A DNA stretch of 41,532 nt from Clostridia bacterium (GCA_045614085.1 JAZLCI010000083.1:1-41532); one strand, 5' to 3'; positions 23,238 to 34,274 are shown, counted from the stretch's first letter. Made by a program: numbers and translations. The notes: generated from the letters alone by a model not told the origin.

Positions 23238-24686
23238 ATGAAGAAGAGAATTGTTGCTCTGCTTGTTGCTGTGACAATTATCTTTACTATCCCTGCTACA
23301 AGTGTCTTTGCAGATGACGAGGGTAAGCTTAATGCACAGATTGTTGAAGATGTAATAGACAGACTTGCGCTGTTTTCGAGATATGATGAAATCCATGGTG
23401 GAACATTATATAAAGAAGGGCTTTTAAAGGCGCTTGAGGAACATCCTGAAATATACGAAACCGTTATGGAGGCTCTCCTTTCTCTTGTGGATGAAAATTC
23501 TGAATACTATAACCCAACTGATGCGGCTCTTATGAGAGAGAATATCACAGGTATAATTGTTGGTATAGGAATAACCTTTGAAATGGGACCTGATGGAGTA
23601 GAGGTAGTCAGTGTAATAAAGGATATGCCTGCTTATAACGTGGGAATACAAGTAGGAGATATTATAGTAAGTGCAGATGATGTATCTCTTGCAGGTATGA
23701 ATTCTGATATGGCGGCAAGCTATATCCGTGGTGAAATAGGAACATCAGTAAGACTTGGTGTAAAACGTGCCGGTGAAACAGAACTTCTTTATCTCGAGGC
23801 AGTACGTCAGGAAATAACAGGAACATCTGTTGAAGGCTTTGTGTATGAAGAATATGGCAAAAAGGTAATGCTTATCCGTGTGTACGGATTTATCTCAAAT
23901 ACTGCAGAGAGCTTTTGTGCAGAGCTTGAAAGAGCAGAGGCAGAGGGAATAAAGGATATAATAATTGACCTCCGGGATAATGGTGGAGGATTGTTTGACC
24001 AATCTGTTCTCATGGCAGATTATTTGTTGCCAAAGGATAGACTTATAACAACAGAAGACCACAAGGCAGAGGTTTTTAACAGAAAGTATTATGCAACATC
24101 AGAAGATAACTGGTCTTTTAATACGGTTGTTCTTATCAATGAAAATACAGCAAGTGCATCAGAGGTTTTGACAGCGGCTCTTTCTGAAAATAAATGTGCA
24201 TATATAATAGGAAGAAAGTCATACGGAAAAGGTACAATTCAAACCATAAACGACCTCCCATACGGAGATATGATTAAATATACTGTTGGGTATTATTTGA
24301 CACCAAATGGAAATAATATTCATGGTAAGGGTATAGAACCTGATCTTGAAATCAACAATAAGACAAGTGATTTTGATATGACACCATATCCAAGATATGA
24401 ATATATTCAGGTTTATAAAGAAGGGGATAAAGGACCTGAAGTTAAAATGACAAAAGAGCTTTTAAAGGCTTGGGGAACATTTGAGGGTGAAGTCAACGAA
24501 GAATATGACAAAGCTCTCTATGATGCAGTGTATAAGTTCCAGACCAACACAGGTCTTTATCCATACGGAGTATTGGACTATACAACCCAGCATGAGCTTT
24601 ATGAAAGAATGTCATCAAGCAAGGTTATCAACGACGAACAGCTTAAAAAGGCGTTGGAGCACTTTGGGATAGAACAGAAAGAATAA
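23238..24686 (+). CDS. S41 family C-terminal processing peptidase with a C-terminal peptidoglycan-binding-like domain
   Basis: Signal peptide, PDZ region (GIQVGDIIVSADDVSL), S41 core (DLRDNGGG, NENTASASEV, GRKSYGKGTIQ), and the C-terminus YDKALYDAVYKFQTNTGLYPYGVLD. Confidence 0.9.
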   Translation: MKKRIVALLVAVTIIFTIPATSVFADDEGKLNAQIVEDVIDRLALFSRYDEIHGGTLYKEGLLKALEEHPEIYETVMEALLSLVDENSEYYNPTDAALMRENITGIIVGIGITFEMGPDGVEVVSVIKDMPAYNVGIQVGDIIVSADDVSLAGMNSDMAASYIRGEIGTSVRLGVKRAGETELLYLEAVRQEITGTSVEGFVYEEYGKKVMLIRVYGFISNTAESFCAELERAEAEGIKDIIIDLRDNGGGLFDQSVLMADYLLPKDRLITTEDHKAEVFNRKYYATSEDNWSFNTVVLINENTASASEVLTAALSENKCAYIIGRKSYGKGTIQTINDLPYGDMIKYTVGYYLTPNGNNIHGKGIEPDLEINNKTSDFDMTPYPRYEYIQVYKEGDKGPEVKMTKELLKAWGTFEGEVNEEYDKALYDAVYKFQTNTGLYPYGVLDYTTQHELYERMSSSKVINDEQLKKALEHFGIEQKE

Positions 24687-24695
24687 AAACAATAT

Positions 24696-24721
24696 GGAGC
24701 GGAATAAAATCCGCTCCTTTT
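24696..24721 (+). terminator. intrinsic terminator
   Basis: GGAGCGGAataaaaTCCGCTCC followed by TTTT. Confidence 0.85.
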
Positions 24722-24821
24722 GGCATAATTGTGCAAAATAACTATCAAAAGGCGGTATAAATCTGTGTTATTGACAAAAATAACAAAATTTCAGAAAATT
24801 GTTCAAAAAATGTAAAAAAGC

Positions 24822-24850
24822 TTGACACTAAAAGGAAATCGTGATATTAT
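24822..24850 (+). promoter_or_regulatory. S10-operon promoter (TTGACA-N17-TGaTATTAT) with an A-rich UP-like region
   Basis: TTGACA at 24822-24827, extended -10 TGaTATTAT at 24842-24850, and A-rich sequence at 24795-24820. Confidence 0.7.
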
Positions 24851-24856
24851 TACTAG

Positions 24857-25217
24857 GTGTGACAAAGACATACGATGAAGCTGAAGGTGGCGGAAACACG
24901 CTTAATAACGTGGATTTCGGGAATTTCAGTGGAGATTGTCCGATTTAATAAAAACGGGTGGCGCGTCACAATTAACAGACAATGAAAGCCCGGTGCAGTC
25001 TGCGTTCGCAGTGTCATCGGGGAAAGATTGTGCGGTGAAAGACCGTATAAAATTTAACACTTAACTATCGGCAGTATGCTGATGCCGACTACGAGTGAAC
25101 TATGTCTGTACGCCCCGAGCCGTACCTCAAAAGAGGATAACGGAGTGGGCTTTAATTATTTGGTCTGTGCGAAACGCCCGGCACAGCGTAAACTTATTTT
25201 TAAGGAGGGTAAAAACA
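24857..25217 (+). promoter_or_regulatory. long (about 360 nt) structured 5' leader of rpsJ
   Basis: No credible ORF. Multiple G/C helices are present, for example TCGGCA/TGCCGA at about 25068-25088 and CTGTGC/GCACAG at about 25165-25186. Possible long-range pairs include TGTGAC (24858-24863) with GTCACA (24965-24970) and ATTGTC (24934-24939) with GACAAT (24978-24983). Confidence 0.55.
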
Positions 25218-25526
25218 ATGGCAGCAGAAAAAATCAGAATCAGATTAAAGGCTTATGACCACAATCTCATTGATCAGAGCGCAGCTAAGATTGTAGAAAC
25301 AGCAAAGAGAACAGGTTCAAAGGTATCAGGACCTATTCCGCTTCCTACAAGAAAAGAAGTTGTTACTATCTTAAGAGCGGTTCATAAGTATAAGGACAGC
25401 CGTGAACAGTTCGAGCTCAGAACTCACAAGAGACTTATTGATGTTCTCGGTCCTACAAACAAGACAATCGATGCGTTAAAGCACCTCGATTTGCCAGCAG
25501 GCGTTGATATCGAAATCAAGTTATAA
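25218..25526 (+). CDS. rpsJ: 30S ribosomal protein S10
   Basis: [15 protein letters not shown]..., SD AAGGAGGG. The ORF-track start at 25095 is an upstream artefact. Confidence 0.97.
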   Translation: MAAEKIRIRLKAYDHNLIDQSAAKIVETAKRTGSKVSGPIPLPTRKEVVTILRAVHKYKDSREQFELRTHKRLIDVLGPTNKTIDALKHLDLPAGVDIEIKL

Positions 25527-25666
25527 TCGCCTGAAAGCATCGCACGCAAGTGCAAGATTTAAAACAGAAAAATAATTAAAAATTTTGGTTATGTTGGAGT
25601 TTCCAACCAATGACCCGCAGGTAAGTTTCAGAGAAACCAATGCTTGTGTAAAATAGGAGGATAAAA

Positions 25667-26302
25667 ATGAAGAAGGCAATTTTGGGTAAAAAAATTGGTA
25701 TGACCCAAGTGTTTACTGAGGACGGCAATCTTGTACCGGTTACGGTTATAGAAGCAGGTCCTTGTCCTGTTGTCCAGAAAAAGACAGAAGAAGTTGACGG
25801 ATACGTTGCAGTTCAGGTTGGCTTCGTGGACAAGAAGGAAAAGAAGGCTAACAAGCCTGAAAAAGGTCACTTTGCAAAAGCAAACGTTCCAGTTAAGCGC
25901 TATTTAAAGGAATTTAAGCTCGACAATGCAGCTGAGCTTAACGTAGGAGATGTACTCGGTGTTGATCAGTTTACTGACGGTGAAATGTTAGACGTTACCG
26001 GAACAAGTAAGGGTCACGGTTACGCTGGTACAATCAAGAGATGGGGAACACACAGAGGTCCTATGACTCACGGTAGCCATTACCACAGAGGTCCTGGTTC
26101 ACTCGGTGCTTGTTCAAGCCCTTCAAGAGTATTTAAAGGTAAGAGACTTCCAGGTCACATGGGTGTGGATACCGTTACTATTCAGAACCTTGACCTTGTG
26201 AAGGTAGATACAGAACGCAATCTTCTGTTGGTTAAGGGTTCAGTTCCTGGACCTAAGGGCGGATTGCTCGTTGTTAAAAACGCAGTAAAGGCAAACGCCT
26301 AA
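25667..26302 (+). CDS. rplC: 50S ribosomal protein L3
   Basis: Conserved sequence ([10 protein letters not shown]...) and operon order. Confidence 0.97.
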   Translation: MKKAILGKKIGMTQVFTEDGNLVPVTVIEAGPCPVVQKKTEEVDGYVAVQVGFVDKKEKKANKPEKGHFAKANVPVKRYLKEFKLDNAAELNVGDVLGVDQFTDGEMLDVTGTSKGHGYAGTIKRWGTHRGPMTHGSHYHRGPGSLGACSSPSRVFKGKRLPGHMGVDTVTIQNLDLVKVDTERNLLLVKGSVPGPKGGLLVVKNAVKANA

Positions 26303-26330
26303 GCCGCAGTAGAGAGGAGGAAAACAGATA

Positions 26331-26954
26331 ATGCCTACAGTTGATATTTATAATGCTGACGGTAAAGTAGTCGGCAGTATGGATTTAAATGAAAACGTGT
26401 TCGGCGTTGACGTTAGAGTTGACGTTATGCACGAAGTAGTAGTTAACTACTTAGCAAACCAGAGACAGGGCACACAGAGTACCAAGACCCGTACAGAAGT
26501 TAGCGGTGGTGGTATCAAGCCTTGGAGACAGAAGGGTACAGGCCGCGCAAGACAGGGTAGCATTCGTGCTCCACAGTGGGTTGGCGGTGGCGTAGCTCTC
26601 GGTCCAAAGCCAAGAGATTACAGATACACCTTAAACAAGAAGGTAAGAAGACTTGCTCTTAAGTCTGCTCTTACTTCAAAGGTACAGGATAATGAAATTA
26701 TCGTACTCGAATCATTCGAAGCACCAGAAATTAAGACAAAGCAGGTAGCTAACCTCTTAAAGAACCTCGGTGTTACAGAGAAGGCTTTAATAGTTCTTCC
26801 TGAAAACGATAAGAACATTGTTTTATCAGCACAGAACATCAAGGGTGTTGACACAACATATGTTGGTGCTATCAACACTTACGAAGTTTTAAATCACACA
26901 AAGTGCATCATCTTAAAGGATGCTGTTACAAAGCTTGAGGAGGTGTACGCATAA
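26331..26954 (+). CDS. rplD: 50S ribosomal protein L4
   Basis: [15 protein letters not shown] and operon order. Confidence 0.97.
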   Translation: MPTVDIYNADGKVVGSMDLNENVFGVDVRVDVMHEVVVNYLANQRQGTQSTKTRTEVSGGGIKPWRQKGTGRARQGSIRAPQWVGGGVALGPKPRDYRYTLNKKVRRLALKSALTSKVQDNEIIVLESFEAPEIKTKQVANLLKNLGVTEKALIVLPENDKNIVLSAQNIKGVDTTYVGAINTYEVLNHTKCIILKDAVTKLEEVYA

Positions 26955-27238
26955 TGTTAGCTTACGATATTATTAAAAGACCTATCATTACAGAACAGAG
27001 TATGGATCAGGTTGCGGACAGAAAGTACACTTTCGAAGTTGCAGCAAGTGCAAACAAGATTGAAATCAAAAAGGCTGTTGAAGAGATTTTCAAGGTAGAA
27101 GTTGAAAAGGTTACAACAATGAATTACGACGGTAAGCCTAAGAGACAGGGTATGTTCTTAGGTAAGAGAGCGGATTGGAAGAAAGCTGTTGTAAAGCTCA
27201 AGGAAGGCAGCAAGACAATCGAATTGTTCGAAGGTTAA
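26954..27238 (+). CDS. rplW: 50S ribosomal protein L23
   Basis: TAATG overlap with rplD. Sequence [12 protein letters not shown]. Confidence 0.96.
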   Translation: MLAYDIIKRPIITEQSMDQVADRKYTFEVAASANKIEIKKAVEEIFKVEVEKVTTMNYDGKPKRQGMFLGKRADWKKAVVKLKEGSKTIELFEG

Positions 27239-27275
27239 TATTAACCTCAAAATTTGCAGATAAGGAGAAATTAAA

Positions 27276-28109
27276 ATGGGAATTAAGAAATATAATCCTA
27301 CTACACCTTCACTGCGTCAGATGACTGTTTCAACATTCGAAGAGATTGACAAGGTTGCACCTGAGAAATCTCTCCTTCGTCCGCTTAAGAGTAAGGCAGG
27401 ACGTAACGCAAATGGTAGAATAACAGTTAGACATCGTGGTGGCGGTGCTAAGAGAAAGTACAGAGTTATCGACTTTAAGCGTAACAAGGACGGAATGAAC
27501 GCAACTGTTCTTTCTGTTGAATATGATCCAAACAGATCAGCAAACATTGCATTACTCCAGTATGAAGATGGCGTTAAGACATACATCATCGCACCTGTTG
27601 GTCTTAAGAAGGGTGACGTAGTTGTATCAGGTCAGGGCGCTGACATCAAGCCAGGTAACGCAATGGAAATCAAAGATATTCCAGTTGGTACACTCATTTA
27701 CAACATTGAGTTAAATCCAGGTAAGGGCGGTCAGCTTGTTCGTAGTGCAGGTAACACAGCACAGCTTATGGCTAAAGAAAACGGATATGCACAGGTTAGA
27801 CTTCCATCCGGCGAAGTTCGTATGGTTAGACTTAACTGCCGCGCAACAATTGGTCAGGTTGGTAACATCGATTACGAAAACATCAACATCGGTAAGGCTG
27901 GTAGAAAGCGTCACATGGGCTTCAGACCTACCGTTCGTGGTGTAGTAATGAATCCTAACGACCATCCACACGGTGGTGGTGAAGGTAAGTCACCTATCGG
28001 TATGCCAAGTCCTGTTACTCCTTGGGGTAAGCCAGCTCTTGGTTACAAGACCAGAAACAAGAAGAACAAGTCCGACAAGTTTATTGTTAAGAGACGTAAC
28101 GCTAAATAA
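27276..28109 (+). CDS. rplB: 50S ribosomal protein L2
   Basis: [12 protein letters not shown] and [12 protein letters not shown]. Confidence 0.97.
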   Translation: MGIKKYNPTTPSLRQMTVSTFEEIDKVAPEKSLLRPLKSKAGRNANGRITVRHRGGGAKRKYRVIDFKRNKDGMNATVLSVEYDPNRSANIALLQYEDGVKTYIIAPVGLKKGDVVVSGQGADIKPGNAMEIKDIPVGTLIYNIELNPGKGGQLVRSAGNTAQLMAKENGYAQVRLPSGEVRMVRLNCRATIGQVGNIDYENINIGKAGRKRHMGFRPTVRGVVMNPNDHPHGGGEGKSPIGMPSPVTPWGKPALGYKTRNKKNKSDKFIVKRRNAK

Positions 28110-28123
28110 GGAGGGATTTATCA

Positions 28124-28396
28124 ATGGGAAGAAGTATTAAAAAGGGACCTTTCGTTGATAGCAAGCTTTTAGCTAGAATCGTTGCTATGAACGAGAAGAA
28201 CGAAAAGATCGTTTTAAAGACTTGGTCAAGACCTTCCACGATATTCCCCGAAATGGTTGGACATACCATTGCGGTATATGATGGAAGAAAGCATGTTCCA
28301 GTATATGTAACAGAAGATATGGTTGGTCACAAGCTCGGTGAGTTTGCTCCAACACGTACTTTCAAAGGCCATTCTGGTTCAAAGACAACTAACTAA
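28124..28396 (+). CDS. rpsS: 30S ribosomal protein S19
   Basis: [12 protein letters not shown]. Confidence 0.97.
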   Translation: MGRSIKKGPFVDSKLLARIVAMNEKNEKIVLKTWSRPSTIFPEMVGHTIAVYDGRKHVPVYVTEDMVGHKLGEFAPTRTFKGHSGSKTTN

Positions 28397-28446
28397 TTTG
28401 TAATTTTTACAAATATCTTTTATTTAGATGAAAGGAGCTGCACAAG

Positions 28447-28782
28447 ATGGAAGCAGTAGCAAAAGTTACTAATGTCCGCATTGCACCACGTAAGGTTCGC
28501 GTTGTTATCGACCTTATCAGAAATAAGCCAGTAGGCGTTGCAATCGGTATATTAAAAAATACACCTAAGGCTGCTAGCCCTGTTGTAGAAAAGTTGCTCA
28601 AGTCTGCTATGGCAAACGCTGAAAATAACTTCCATATGAACGTTGAAAATTTATACGTTTCAGAAGTTTATGCGGATCAGGGTCCTACTCTTAAGAGAAT
28701 TCAGGCAAGAGCACAGGGAAGAGCATTCAGAATTAATAAGAAAACAAGTCATATCACATTGAAACTTCAGGAAAAGGAATAA
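28447..28782 (+). CDS. rplV: 50S ribosomal protein L22
   Basis: [15 protein letters not shown]. Confidence 0.96.
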   Translation: MEAVAKVTNVRIAPRKVRVVIDLIRNKPVGVAIGILKNTPKAASPVVEKLLKSAMANAENNFHMNVENLYVSEVYADQGPTLKRIQARAQGRAFRINKKTSHITLKLQEKE

Positions 28783-28798
28783 GATAGGAGGTAAGAAT

Positions 28799-29503
28799 AT
28801 GGGTCAGAAAGTTAATCCACACGGTCTTAGAGTCGGAATAATCAAAGACTGGGACTCAAGATGGTTTGCTGACAAAAAGAGCTTCGGCGACAGCCTCGTT
28901 GAGGACTATAACCTCAGAGTGTTCTTGAAAAAGAAGTTATTCCAGGCCGGAGTTGACAAAATCGAAATTGAAAAATTCGCAAACAAGGTTCGCGTTTCTA
29001 TCCACGCTGGTAAGCCAGGTTTAATCATCGGTAAGGGTGGTACAGAAATCGAAAAGCTTAAGAAGGAACTCGAAGACATGACAGGTAAGACAATTATCTT
29101 AAATGTTATCGAAGTTAAGGTTCCTGACTTATGCGCACAGCTCGTAGCTGAGAACATCGCTTCACAGTTAGAGAGACGTATTTCATTCCGTAAGGCAATG
29201 AAGCAGTGTATGGGCCGCACAATGAAGATGGGTGCCAAGGGTATCAAGACATATGTTGCAGGTCGTGTAGGCGGCGCAGAAATCGCTAGAACAGAGCAGT
29301 ATCACGAAGGTACTATTCCTCTCCAGACACTCAGAGCAGATATCGACTATGGTTTTGCTGAAGCAGACACAACATACGGTAAGCTCGGTGTAAAGGTTTG
29401 GATTTACAAGGGCGAAATTCTTGCAGAAGGCAGAAACGCAGTAGTTGAAGAAAAGAAGCCTGCAAGAAAGTCTAACAGACGTACGGAAGGAGGAAACAAA
29501 TAA
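28799..29503 (+). CDS. rpsC: 30S ribosomal protein S3
   Basis: [13 protein letters not shown]. Confidence 0.97.
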   Translation: MGQKVNPHGLRVGIIKDWDSRWFADKKSFGDSLVEDYNLRVFLKKKLFQAGVDKIEIEKFANKVRVSIHAGKPGLIIGKGGTEIEKLKKELEDMTGKTIILNVIEVKVPDLCAQLVAENIASQLERRISFRKAMKQCMGRTMKMGAKGIKTYVAGRVGGAEIARTEQYHEGTIPLQTLRADIDYGFAEADTTYGKLGVKVWIYKGEILAEGRNAVVEEKKPARKSNRRTEGGNK

Positions 29504-29934
29504 TGTTATCTCCAAAAAGAGTTAAGCACAGAAAGCAGCAGAGAGGCAGAATGAAGGGCGCAGCTCACAGAGGAAACACAGTTTCTTACGGTGATTTCGG
29601 TCTTCAGGCTCAGACAGCTGCTTGGATCACAAGTAATCAGATAGAGGCTGCCCGTGTTGCTATGACACGTTATACAAAGAGAGGCGGCCAGGTATGGATC
29701 AAGATATTCCCTGACAAGCCAGTAACAGCAAAGCCAGCTGAAACTCGAATGGGTTCAGGTAAAGGTTCACCTGAATACTGGGTTGCAGTAGTAAAGCCAG
29801 GCAGAGTTATGTTTGAAATTGGTGGTGTATCAGAAGAGGTTGCTCGCGAAGCATTCCGTCTTGCTATGCATAAGTTACCATGTAAATGTAAGTTTGTTAA
29901 GAAGGCTGACCAAGAAACGGAAGGTGATAGTTAA
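29503..29934 (+). CDS. rplP: 50S ribosomal protein L16
   Basis: [19 protein letters not shown]. Confidence 0.97.
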   Translation: MLSPKRVKHRKQQRGRMKGAAHRGNTVSYGDFGLQAQTAAWITSNQIEAARVAMTRYTKRGGQVWIKIFPDKPVTAKPAETRMGSGKGSPEYWVAVVKPGRVMFEIGGVSEEVAREAFRLAMHKLPCKCKFVKKADQETEGDS

Positions 29935-30146
29935 TGAAAATACAGGATATCAGAGACCTTTCAACGCAGGAGCTTGAAGATAAAATCAAGGACTTAAAGG
30001 AAGAGCTTTTTAACCTTCGTTTCCAGAACGCTACCAACCAGCTCGAAAACCCAATGAGAATTGTTAGCGTTAAGAAGGACATTGCAAAAGTTATGACCGT
30101 CCTCAAGGAAAAAGAGCTTGGCATTAATGCAAGCGTAAATGCGTAG
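29934..30146 (+). CDS. rpmC: 50S ribosomal protein L29
   Basis: [18 protein letters not shown]. Confidence 0.95.
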   Translation: MKIQDIRDLSTQELEDKIKDLKEELFNLRFQNATNQLENPMRIVSVKKDIAKVMTVLKEKELGINASVNA

Positions 30147-30161
30147 GAGGTGCAGTGAATA

Positions 30162-30416
30162 ATGGAACGTAATTATCGTAAAACTCGTGTTGGTATTGTT
30201 ACCAGCGACAAGATGGATAAAACAGTAGTTGTTTCAATCAAGGACAATGTAAAGCACAAGCTTTACAGCAAGGTTATGAAGAACACCTACAAGCTTAAGG
30301 CTCACGATGAAGAAAACACTTGCGGTATCGGTGATAAGGTTTTAGTTATGGAAACAAGACCTTTATCAAAGGATAAGAGATGGCGCGTAGTTGAAATCAT
30401 CGAAAAGGCTAAATAA
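30162..30416 (+). CDS. rpsQ: 30S ribosomal protein S17
   Basis: [19 protein letters not shown]. Confidence 0.96.
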   Translation: MERNYRKTRVGIVTSDKMDKTVVVSIKDNVKHKLYSKVMKNTYKLKAHDEENTCGIGDKVLVMETRPLSKDKRWRVVEIIEKAK

Positions 30417-30467
30417 GCTATTTTACGAAGTTTTCGTATAAAGAAATAAGATAGGAGGAATCCCGTT

Positions 30468-30836
30468 ATGATACAACAGCAGACTATTTTAAAGGTTGCT
30501 GACAACAGCGGTGCGAAGGAAATCCTTTGTATCCGTGTTATGGGCGGCTCATTCAGACGCTACGGTAACATCGGTGATGTAATAGTTGCTTCTGTTAAGA
30601 AGGCAACACCCGGTGGTGCTGTTAAAAAAGGTGACGTTGTAAAGGCAGTTATTGTCCGCAGCGTTAACGGCGTTAAGAGAGCAGACGGCTCAAAGATCAG
30701 ATTTGATGAAAATGCGGCAGTATTAATCAAGGACGATAAGACTCCAAGAGGTACACGTATTTTCGGTCCAGTTGCAAGAGAACTCAGAGATAAGGATTAT
30801 ATGAAGATTTTATCTCTTGCTCCTGAAGTTCTTTAA
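30468..30836 (+). CDS. rplN: 50S ribosomal protein L14
   Basis: [17 protein letters not shown]. Confidence 0.97.
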   Translation: MIQQQTILKVADNSGAKEILCIRVMGGSFRRYGNIGDVIVASVKKATPGGAVKKGDVVKAVIVRSVNGVKRADGSKIRFDENAAVLIKDDKTPRGTRIFGPVARELRDKDYMKILSLAPEVL

Positions 30837-30948
30837 GATTTGTTTATTTACAGATTTGCCTGTGGACCAAATGGCTTGCAGGCAGATTTGGAAATCTTTT
30901 GAACATAAGTTATAAATTATCCTAAATCTGAAGATAGGAGGAAAAATA

Positions 30949-31269
30949 ATGGCTACCAAAATGCACGTTAAGACAGGCGATAACGTAGTTGTTTTATCCG
31001 GTAAGGATAAGGGCAAAAAGGGTAAGGTTTTATCTGTAAACCCTGAAAAGCGCATGGTTATCGTTGAAGGTGTTTCAATGGCTACAAAGCACAAGAAGCC
31101 TAGAAAGATGGGCGAAACAGGCGGCATAATCAAGCAGGAAACACCTATATACGCAAGCAAAGTTATGAATGTTTGTGCTAAATGTAATGCAGCTACAAGA
31201 GTTGGACGTAAGGTATTAGAAGACGGAACTCATGTACGTTACTGCAAGAAGTGCGGCGAAACATTTTAA
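30949..31269 (+). CDS. rplX: 50S ribosomal protein L24 (with a CxxC-x19-CxxC C-terminus)
   Basis: KOW core MHVKTGDNVVVLSGKDKGKKGKVL, SD AGGAGG 7 nt before ATG 30949. Cys76/79/99/102. Confidence 0.95.
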   Translation: MATKMHVKTGDNVVVLSGKDKGKKGKVLSVNPEKRMVIVEGVSMATKHKKPRKMGETGGIIKQETPIYASKVMNVCAKCNAATRVGRKVLEDGTHVRYCKKCGETF

Positions 31270-31302
31270 TTGAATTTTATGAGGAAGGAGGTTTCACTCT
31301 AA

Positions 31303-31839
31303 ATGAGACTCGAAGAAAAGTATACAAAAGAAATCAAAGACGCTTTGATGTCAAAGTATAATTACAAGAGCACTATGCAGATTCCAAAGCTTGAAAAGGT
31401 TGTTATCAATATGGGCGTTGGTGATGCAAAGGAAAATTCAAAGGCTGTTGAAAATGCGGCAAATGATTTAGGTCTTATCACAGGTCAGAAGCCTGTTATC
31501 ACAAAGGCTAGAAAGTCTGTCGCAACATTTAAGATCAGAGAAGGTATGAATATCGGTTGTAAGGTTACACTCAGAGGTGCAAAGATGTATGAGTTTGTTG
31601 ACAGACTCTTCAACGCTACTCTCCCACGTGTACGTGACTTCAGAGGAATTAATCCTAATTCTTTTGATGGTAGAGGTAACTACGCACTTGGTATTAAGGA
31701 ACAGCTTATCTTCCCTGAAATAGATTATGATAAGATTGACAAGGTTCGTGGTATGGATATCATCTTTGTTACAACTGCTCAGACAGATGAAGAAGCAAGA
31801 GAATTGCTCACATTGATGGGTGCACCATTCGCGAAATAA
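31303..31839 (+). CDS. rplE: 50S ribosomal protein L5
   Basis: [15 protein letters not shown]. Confidence 0.97.
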   Translation: MRLEEKYTKEIKDALMSKYNYKSTMQIPKLEKVVINMGVGDAKENSKAVENAANDLGLITGQKPVITKARKSVATFKIREGMNIGCKVTLRGAKMYEFVDRLFNATLPRVRDFRGINPNSFDGRGNYALGIKEQLIFPEIDYDKIDKVRGMDIIFVTTAQTDEEARELLTLMGAPFAK

Positions 31840-31863
31840 GGTCGATAAGGAGGATTAAAGCTT

Positions 31864-32049
31864 ATGGCTAAGAAATCTATGGTTGTAAAACAGCAGAGAG
31901 AACAGAAGTATTCAACACGTGAATACAACAGATGTAAGATCTGTGGCAGACCTCATGCTTACCTTCGTAAGTTTGGTATCTGCAGAATCTGTTTCAGAGA
32001 GCTTGCTTACAAGGGCCAGATTCCAGGCGTAAAGAAAGCGTCTTGGTAA
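31864..32049 (+). CDS. rpsN: 30S ribosomal protein S14 type Z (zinc form)
   Basis: 61 aa with CKICGRP...CRICFRE. Confidence 0.96.
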   Translation: MAKKSMVVKQQREQKYSTREYNRCKICGRPHAYLRKFGICRICFRELAYKGQIPGVKKASW

Positions 32050-32143
32050 ACTGAATTTCAATTATTTTGAAGATAGGTGACCGACAGATATTGTCACGGA
32101 CGGTCAAACCGGCTTCTATTCCGATAAAAAGGAGGTTTAAATT

Positions 32144-32542
32144 ATGCATATTACAGATCCGATCGCGGATATGCTCACAAGAATCAGAAATGCTAACGAT
32201 GCAAGACATGAATCTGTTGACATTCCCGCATCAAATATGAAAAAGGCAATCGCCGAAATTTTGCTTAACGAGGGTTATGTAAAGAATGTTGAAATCATTG
32301 AAGACGGCATTCAGGGTATTATCCGTATAACACTCAAGTATGCAGAGAACAAGCAGAAGGTTTTAACAGGTCTTAAGAGAGTGTCAAAGCCAGGTCTTCG
32401 TTCATATGCATCAAAGGATGAGCTCCCTAAGGTATTAAAGGGACTCGGTATAGCAATTATCTCTACTTCAAAGGGCGTTATGACAGACAAGGAAGCTCGT
32501 CGTCAGAACGTAGGCGGAGAAGTATTGGCATTTGTTTGGTAA
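32144..32542 (+). CDS. rpsH: 30S ribosomal protein S8
   Basis: [13 protein letters not shown]. Confidence 0.97.
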   Translation: MHITDPIADMLTRIRNANDARHESVDIPASNMKKAIAEILLNEGYVKNVEIIEDGIQGIIRITLKYAENKQKVLTGLKRVSKPGLRSYASKDELPKVLKGLGIAIISTSKGVMTDKEARRQNVGGEVLAFVW

Positions 32543-32575
32543 GAATTTGACTTACAAGGAAAGGAGGAGAATTCA

Positions 32576-33121
32576 TTGTCTCGTATAGGAAATTTACCGA
32601 TTGAGGTTCCAGCTGGAGTTACAGTTACAATCGGTGCAAACAATGAAGTTACCGTAAAGGGTCCAAAGGGAGAACTTAAAAAGACTTTCTCAGCGGATAT
32701 GATTATAGAACAGAACGACAATACTATTATTGTTAAGCGTCCTTCAGAGAAGAAAGAGCACAAGGCTCTTCACGGTCTCACAAGAACATTACTCAATAAT
32801 ATGATTGTTGGTACAAACGAAATGTTCAAGAAAGAGCTCGAAATCAACGGTGTTGGTTACAGAGCAAAGAAAGATGGCAAGAAGCTTGTTATGAACCTTG
32901 GTTATTCTCATGATGTTGTAATGGAGGAAATTGATGGTATTACAATCGACGTTCCTCAGCCAAACCAGATTATAATTTCAGGTACAGATAAGCAGAAGGT
33001 TGGTCAGTTTGCGGCAAACGTTCGCGAAAAGAGACCACCTGAACCTTACAAGGGTAAGGGTATCAAATACGTTGATGAATACATCAGACGTAAGGAAGGT
33101 AAGGCCGGTTCTAAGAAGTAA
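32576..33121 (+). CDS. rplF: 50S ribosomal protein L6
   Basis: SRIGNLPIEVPAGV. TTG start after AAAGGAGGAG. Confidence 0.96.
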   Translation: MSRIGNLPIEVPAGVTVTIGANNEVTVKGPKGELKKTFSADMIIEQNDNTIIVKRPSEKKEHKALHGLTRTLLNNMIVGTNEMFKKELEINGVGYRAKKDGKKLVMNLGYSHDVVMEEIDGITIDVPQPNQIIISGTDKQKVGQFAANVREKRPPEPYKGKGIKYVDEYIRRKEGKAGSKK

Positions 33122-33145
33122 TAGACCGTCAGGAGGTGTAACTTA

Positions 33146-33508
33146 ATGATTAAGAAGACAAACAGTAATGTAGCAAGACTCGCAAGACACGCAAGAGTTC
33201 GTAAGAAGGTTTCAGGTACTGCTGAACTTCCAAGATTATGCGTATTCAGAAGTCTTAAGAACATATACGCTCAAATCATTGATGATACAGCAGGCAAGAC
33301 TTTAGTTTCTGCATCAACTCTTGACGCAGAATTAAAGGCTAATTACGGCGGAAACAAGGATGCTGCAAAGGCAGTAGGTAACCTTGTTGCTAAGAAAGCA
33401 ATTGAAGCCGGGATTACTGAAGTTGTATTCGACAGAGGCGGATATGTTTACCACGGCAGAGTTGCAGAACTCGCCGAGGGCGCTCGCGAGGGTGGCTTGA
33501 AATTCTAA
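33146..33508 (+). CDS. rplR: 50S ribosomal protein L18
   Basis: [23 protein letters not shown]. Confidence 0.96.
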   Translation: MIKKTNSNVARLARHARVRKKVSGTAELPRLCVFRSLKNIYAQIIDDTAGKTLVSASTLDAELKANYGGNKDAAKAVGNLVAKKAIEAGITEVVFDRGGYVYHGRVAELAEGAREGGLKF

Positions 33509-33533
33509 TTTGTTTGAAAGAGGTGAAAGATAA

Positions 33534-34064
33534 ATGGCAGAAAAAGGCGAAATCACAAAGAAGCAGGAACGTATAAATGCTGATACCCTTGATTTGCAGG
33601 AAAAGATGGTATTCTTAAACCGTGTTGCAAAGGTTGTTAAGGGTGGTCGTACATTCCGTTTCAGTGCTTTGATGGTTATAGGTGACGGTAACGGTCACGT
33701 TGGCTTTGGTATGGGTAAGGCAGCAGAAATTCCTGATGCTATCCGTAAGGGTATAGACGACGCGAAGAAGAATATGATTACTGTTCCTATGTACAAGAGT
33801 ACAATTCCTCACGAAATCATCGGTGAATCAGGTGCAGGAAGAGTTCTCTTAAAGCCAGCTGCAGAAGGTACCGGTGTTATCGCGGGCGGTCCTGCCCGTG
33901 CGGTTCTCGAACTTGCAGGCATTAGAGATATCAGAACAAAGTGTTTAAGAAGTAACAACCCAAGAAACGTTGTTGCGGCTACGGTAGCTGCTCTTGCATC
34001 ACTTAAGAGTGTTGAAGAGGTTGCAAAGCTTCGTGGTAAGAAACCGGAGGAAATCCTCGGTTAA
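33534..34064 (+). CDS. rpsE: 30S ribosomal protein S5
   Basis: [32 protein letters not shown]. Confidence 0.97.
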   Translation: MAEKGEITKKQERINADTLDLQEKMVFLNRVAKVVKGGRTFRFSALMVIGDGNGHVGFGMGKAAEIPDAIRKGIDDAKKNMITVPMYKSTIPHEIIGESGAGRVLLKPAAEGTGVIAGGPARAVLELAGIRDIRTKCLRSNNPRNVVAATVAALASLKSVEEVAKLRGKKPEEILG

Positions 34065-34094
34065 TTAAAATAAAAAGGACAGGAGGGTTTATCC

Positions 34095-34274
34095 TTGGCT
34101 AATACGATTAAAGTTACTCTTAAGAAGAGTACAATCGGATGCAAAAAGGACCAGATTGCTACAGTTGAGGCACTTGGTCTTAAGAAAATCAGACAGTGTG
34201 TTGAACACCCTGACAATCCTCAGATCAGAGGAATGATCTTCAAGGTAAAACACCTTGTTGAAGTATCCGAGTAA
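34095..34274 (+). CDS. rpmD: 50S ribosomal protein L30 (59 aa, TTG start; absent from the ORF track)
   Basis: My translation is (M)[67 protein letters not shown] lies upstream, and the position between rpsE and rplO is expected. Confidence 0.9.
   Translation: MANTIKVTLKKSTIGCKKDQIATVEALGLKKIRQCVEHPDNPQIRGMIFKVKHLVEVSE

Noticed and set aside
24940-24975. T-box-like GGGTGGCGCG in the rpsJ leader
   Set aside because: It lacks the full AAnnnGGGUGGnACCGCG box, a specifier loop and a terminator-antiterminator pair. The downstream gene is not aminoacyl-tRNA related.
25095-25217. N-terminal extensions proposed by the ORF track for rpsJ (25095), rplO (34298), rpsK (40192), adk (36199), noc (7279), the ferredoxin (639), the CapA-like gene (38174) and the S41 peptidase (23229)
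   Set aside because: In each case an internal ATG preceded by a good SD gives the conserved N-terminus of the family. The extensions run through leaders, terminators or promoters.
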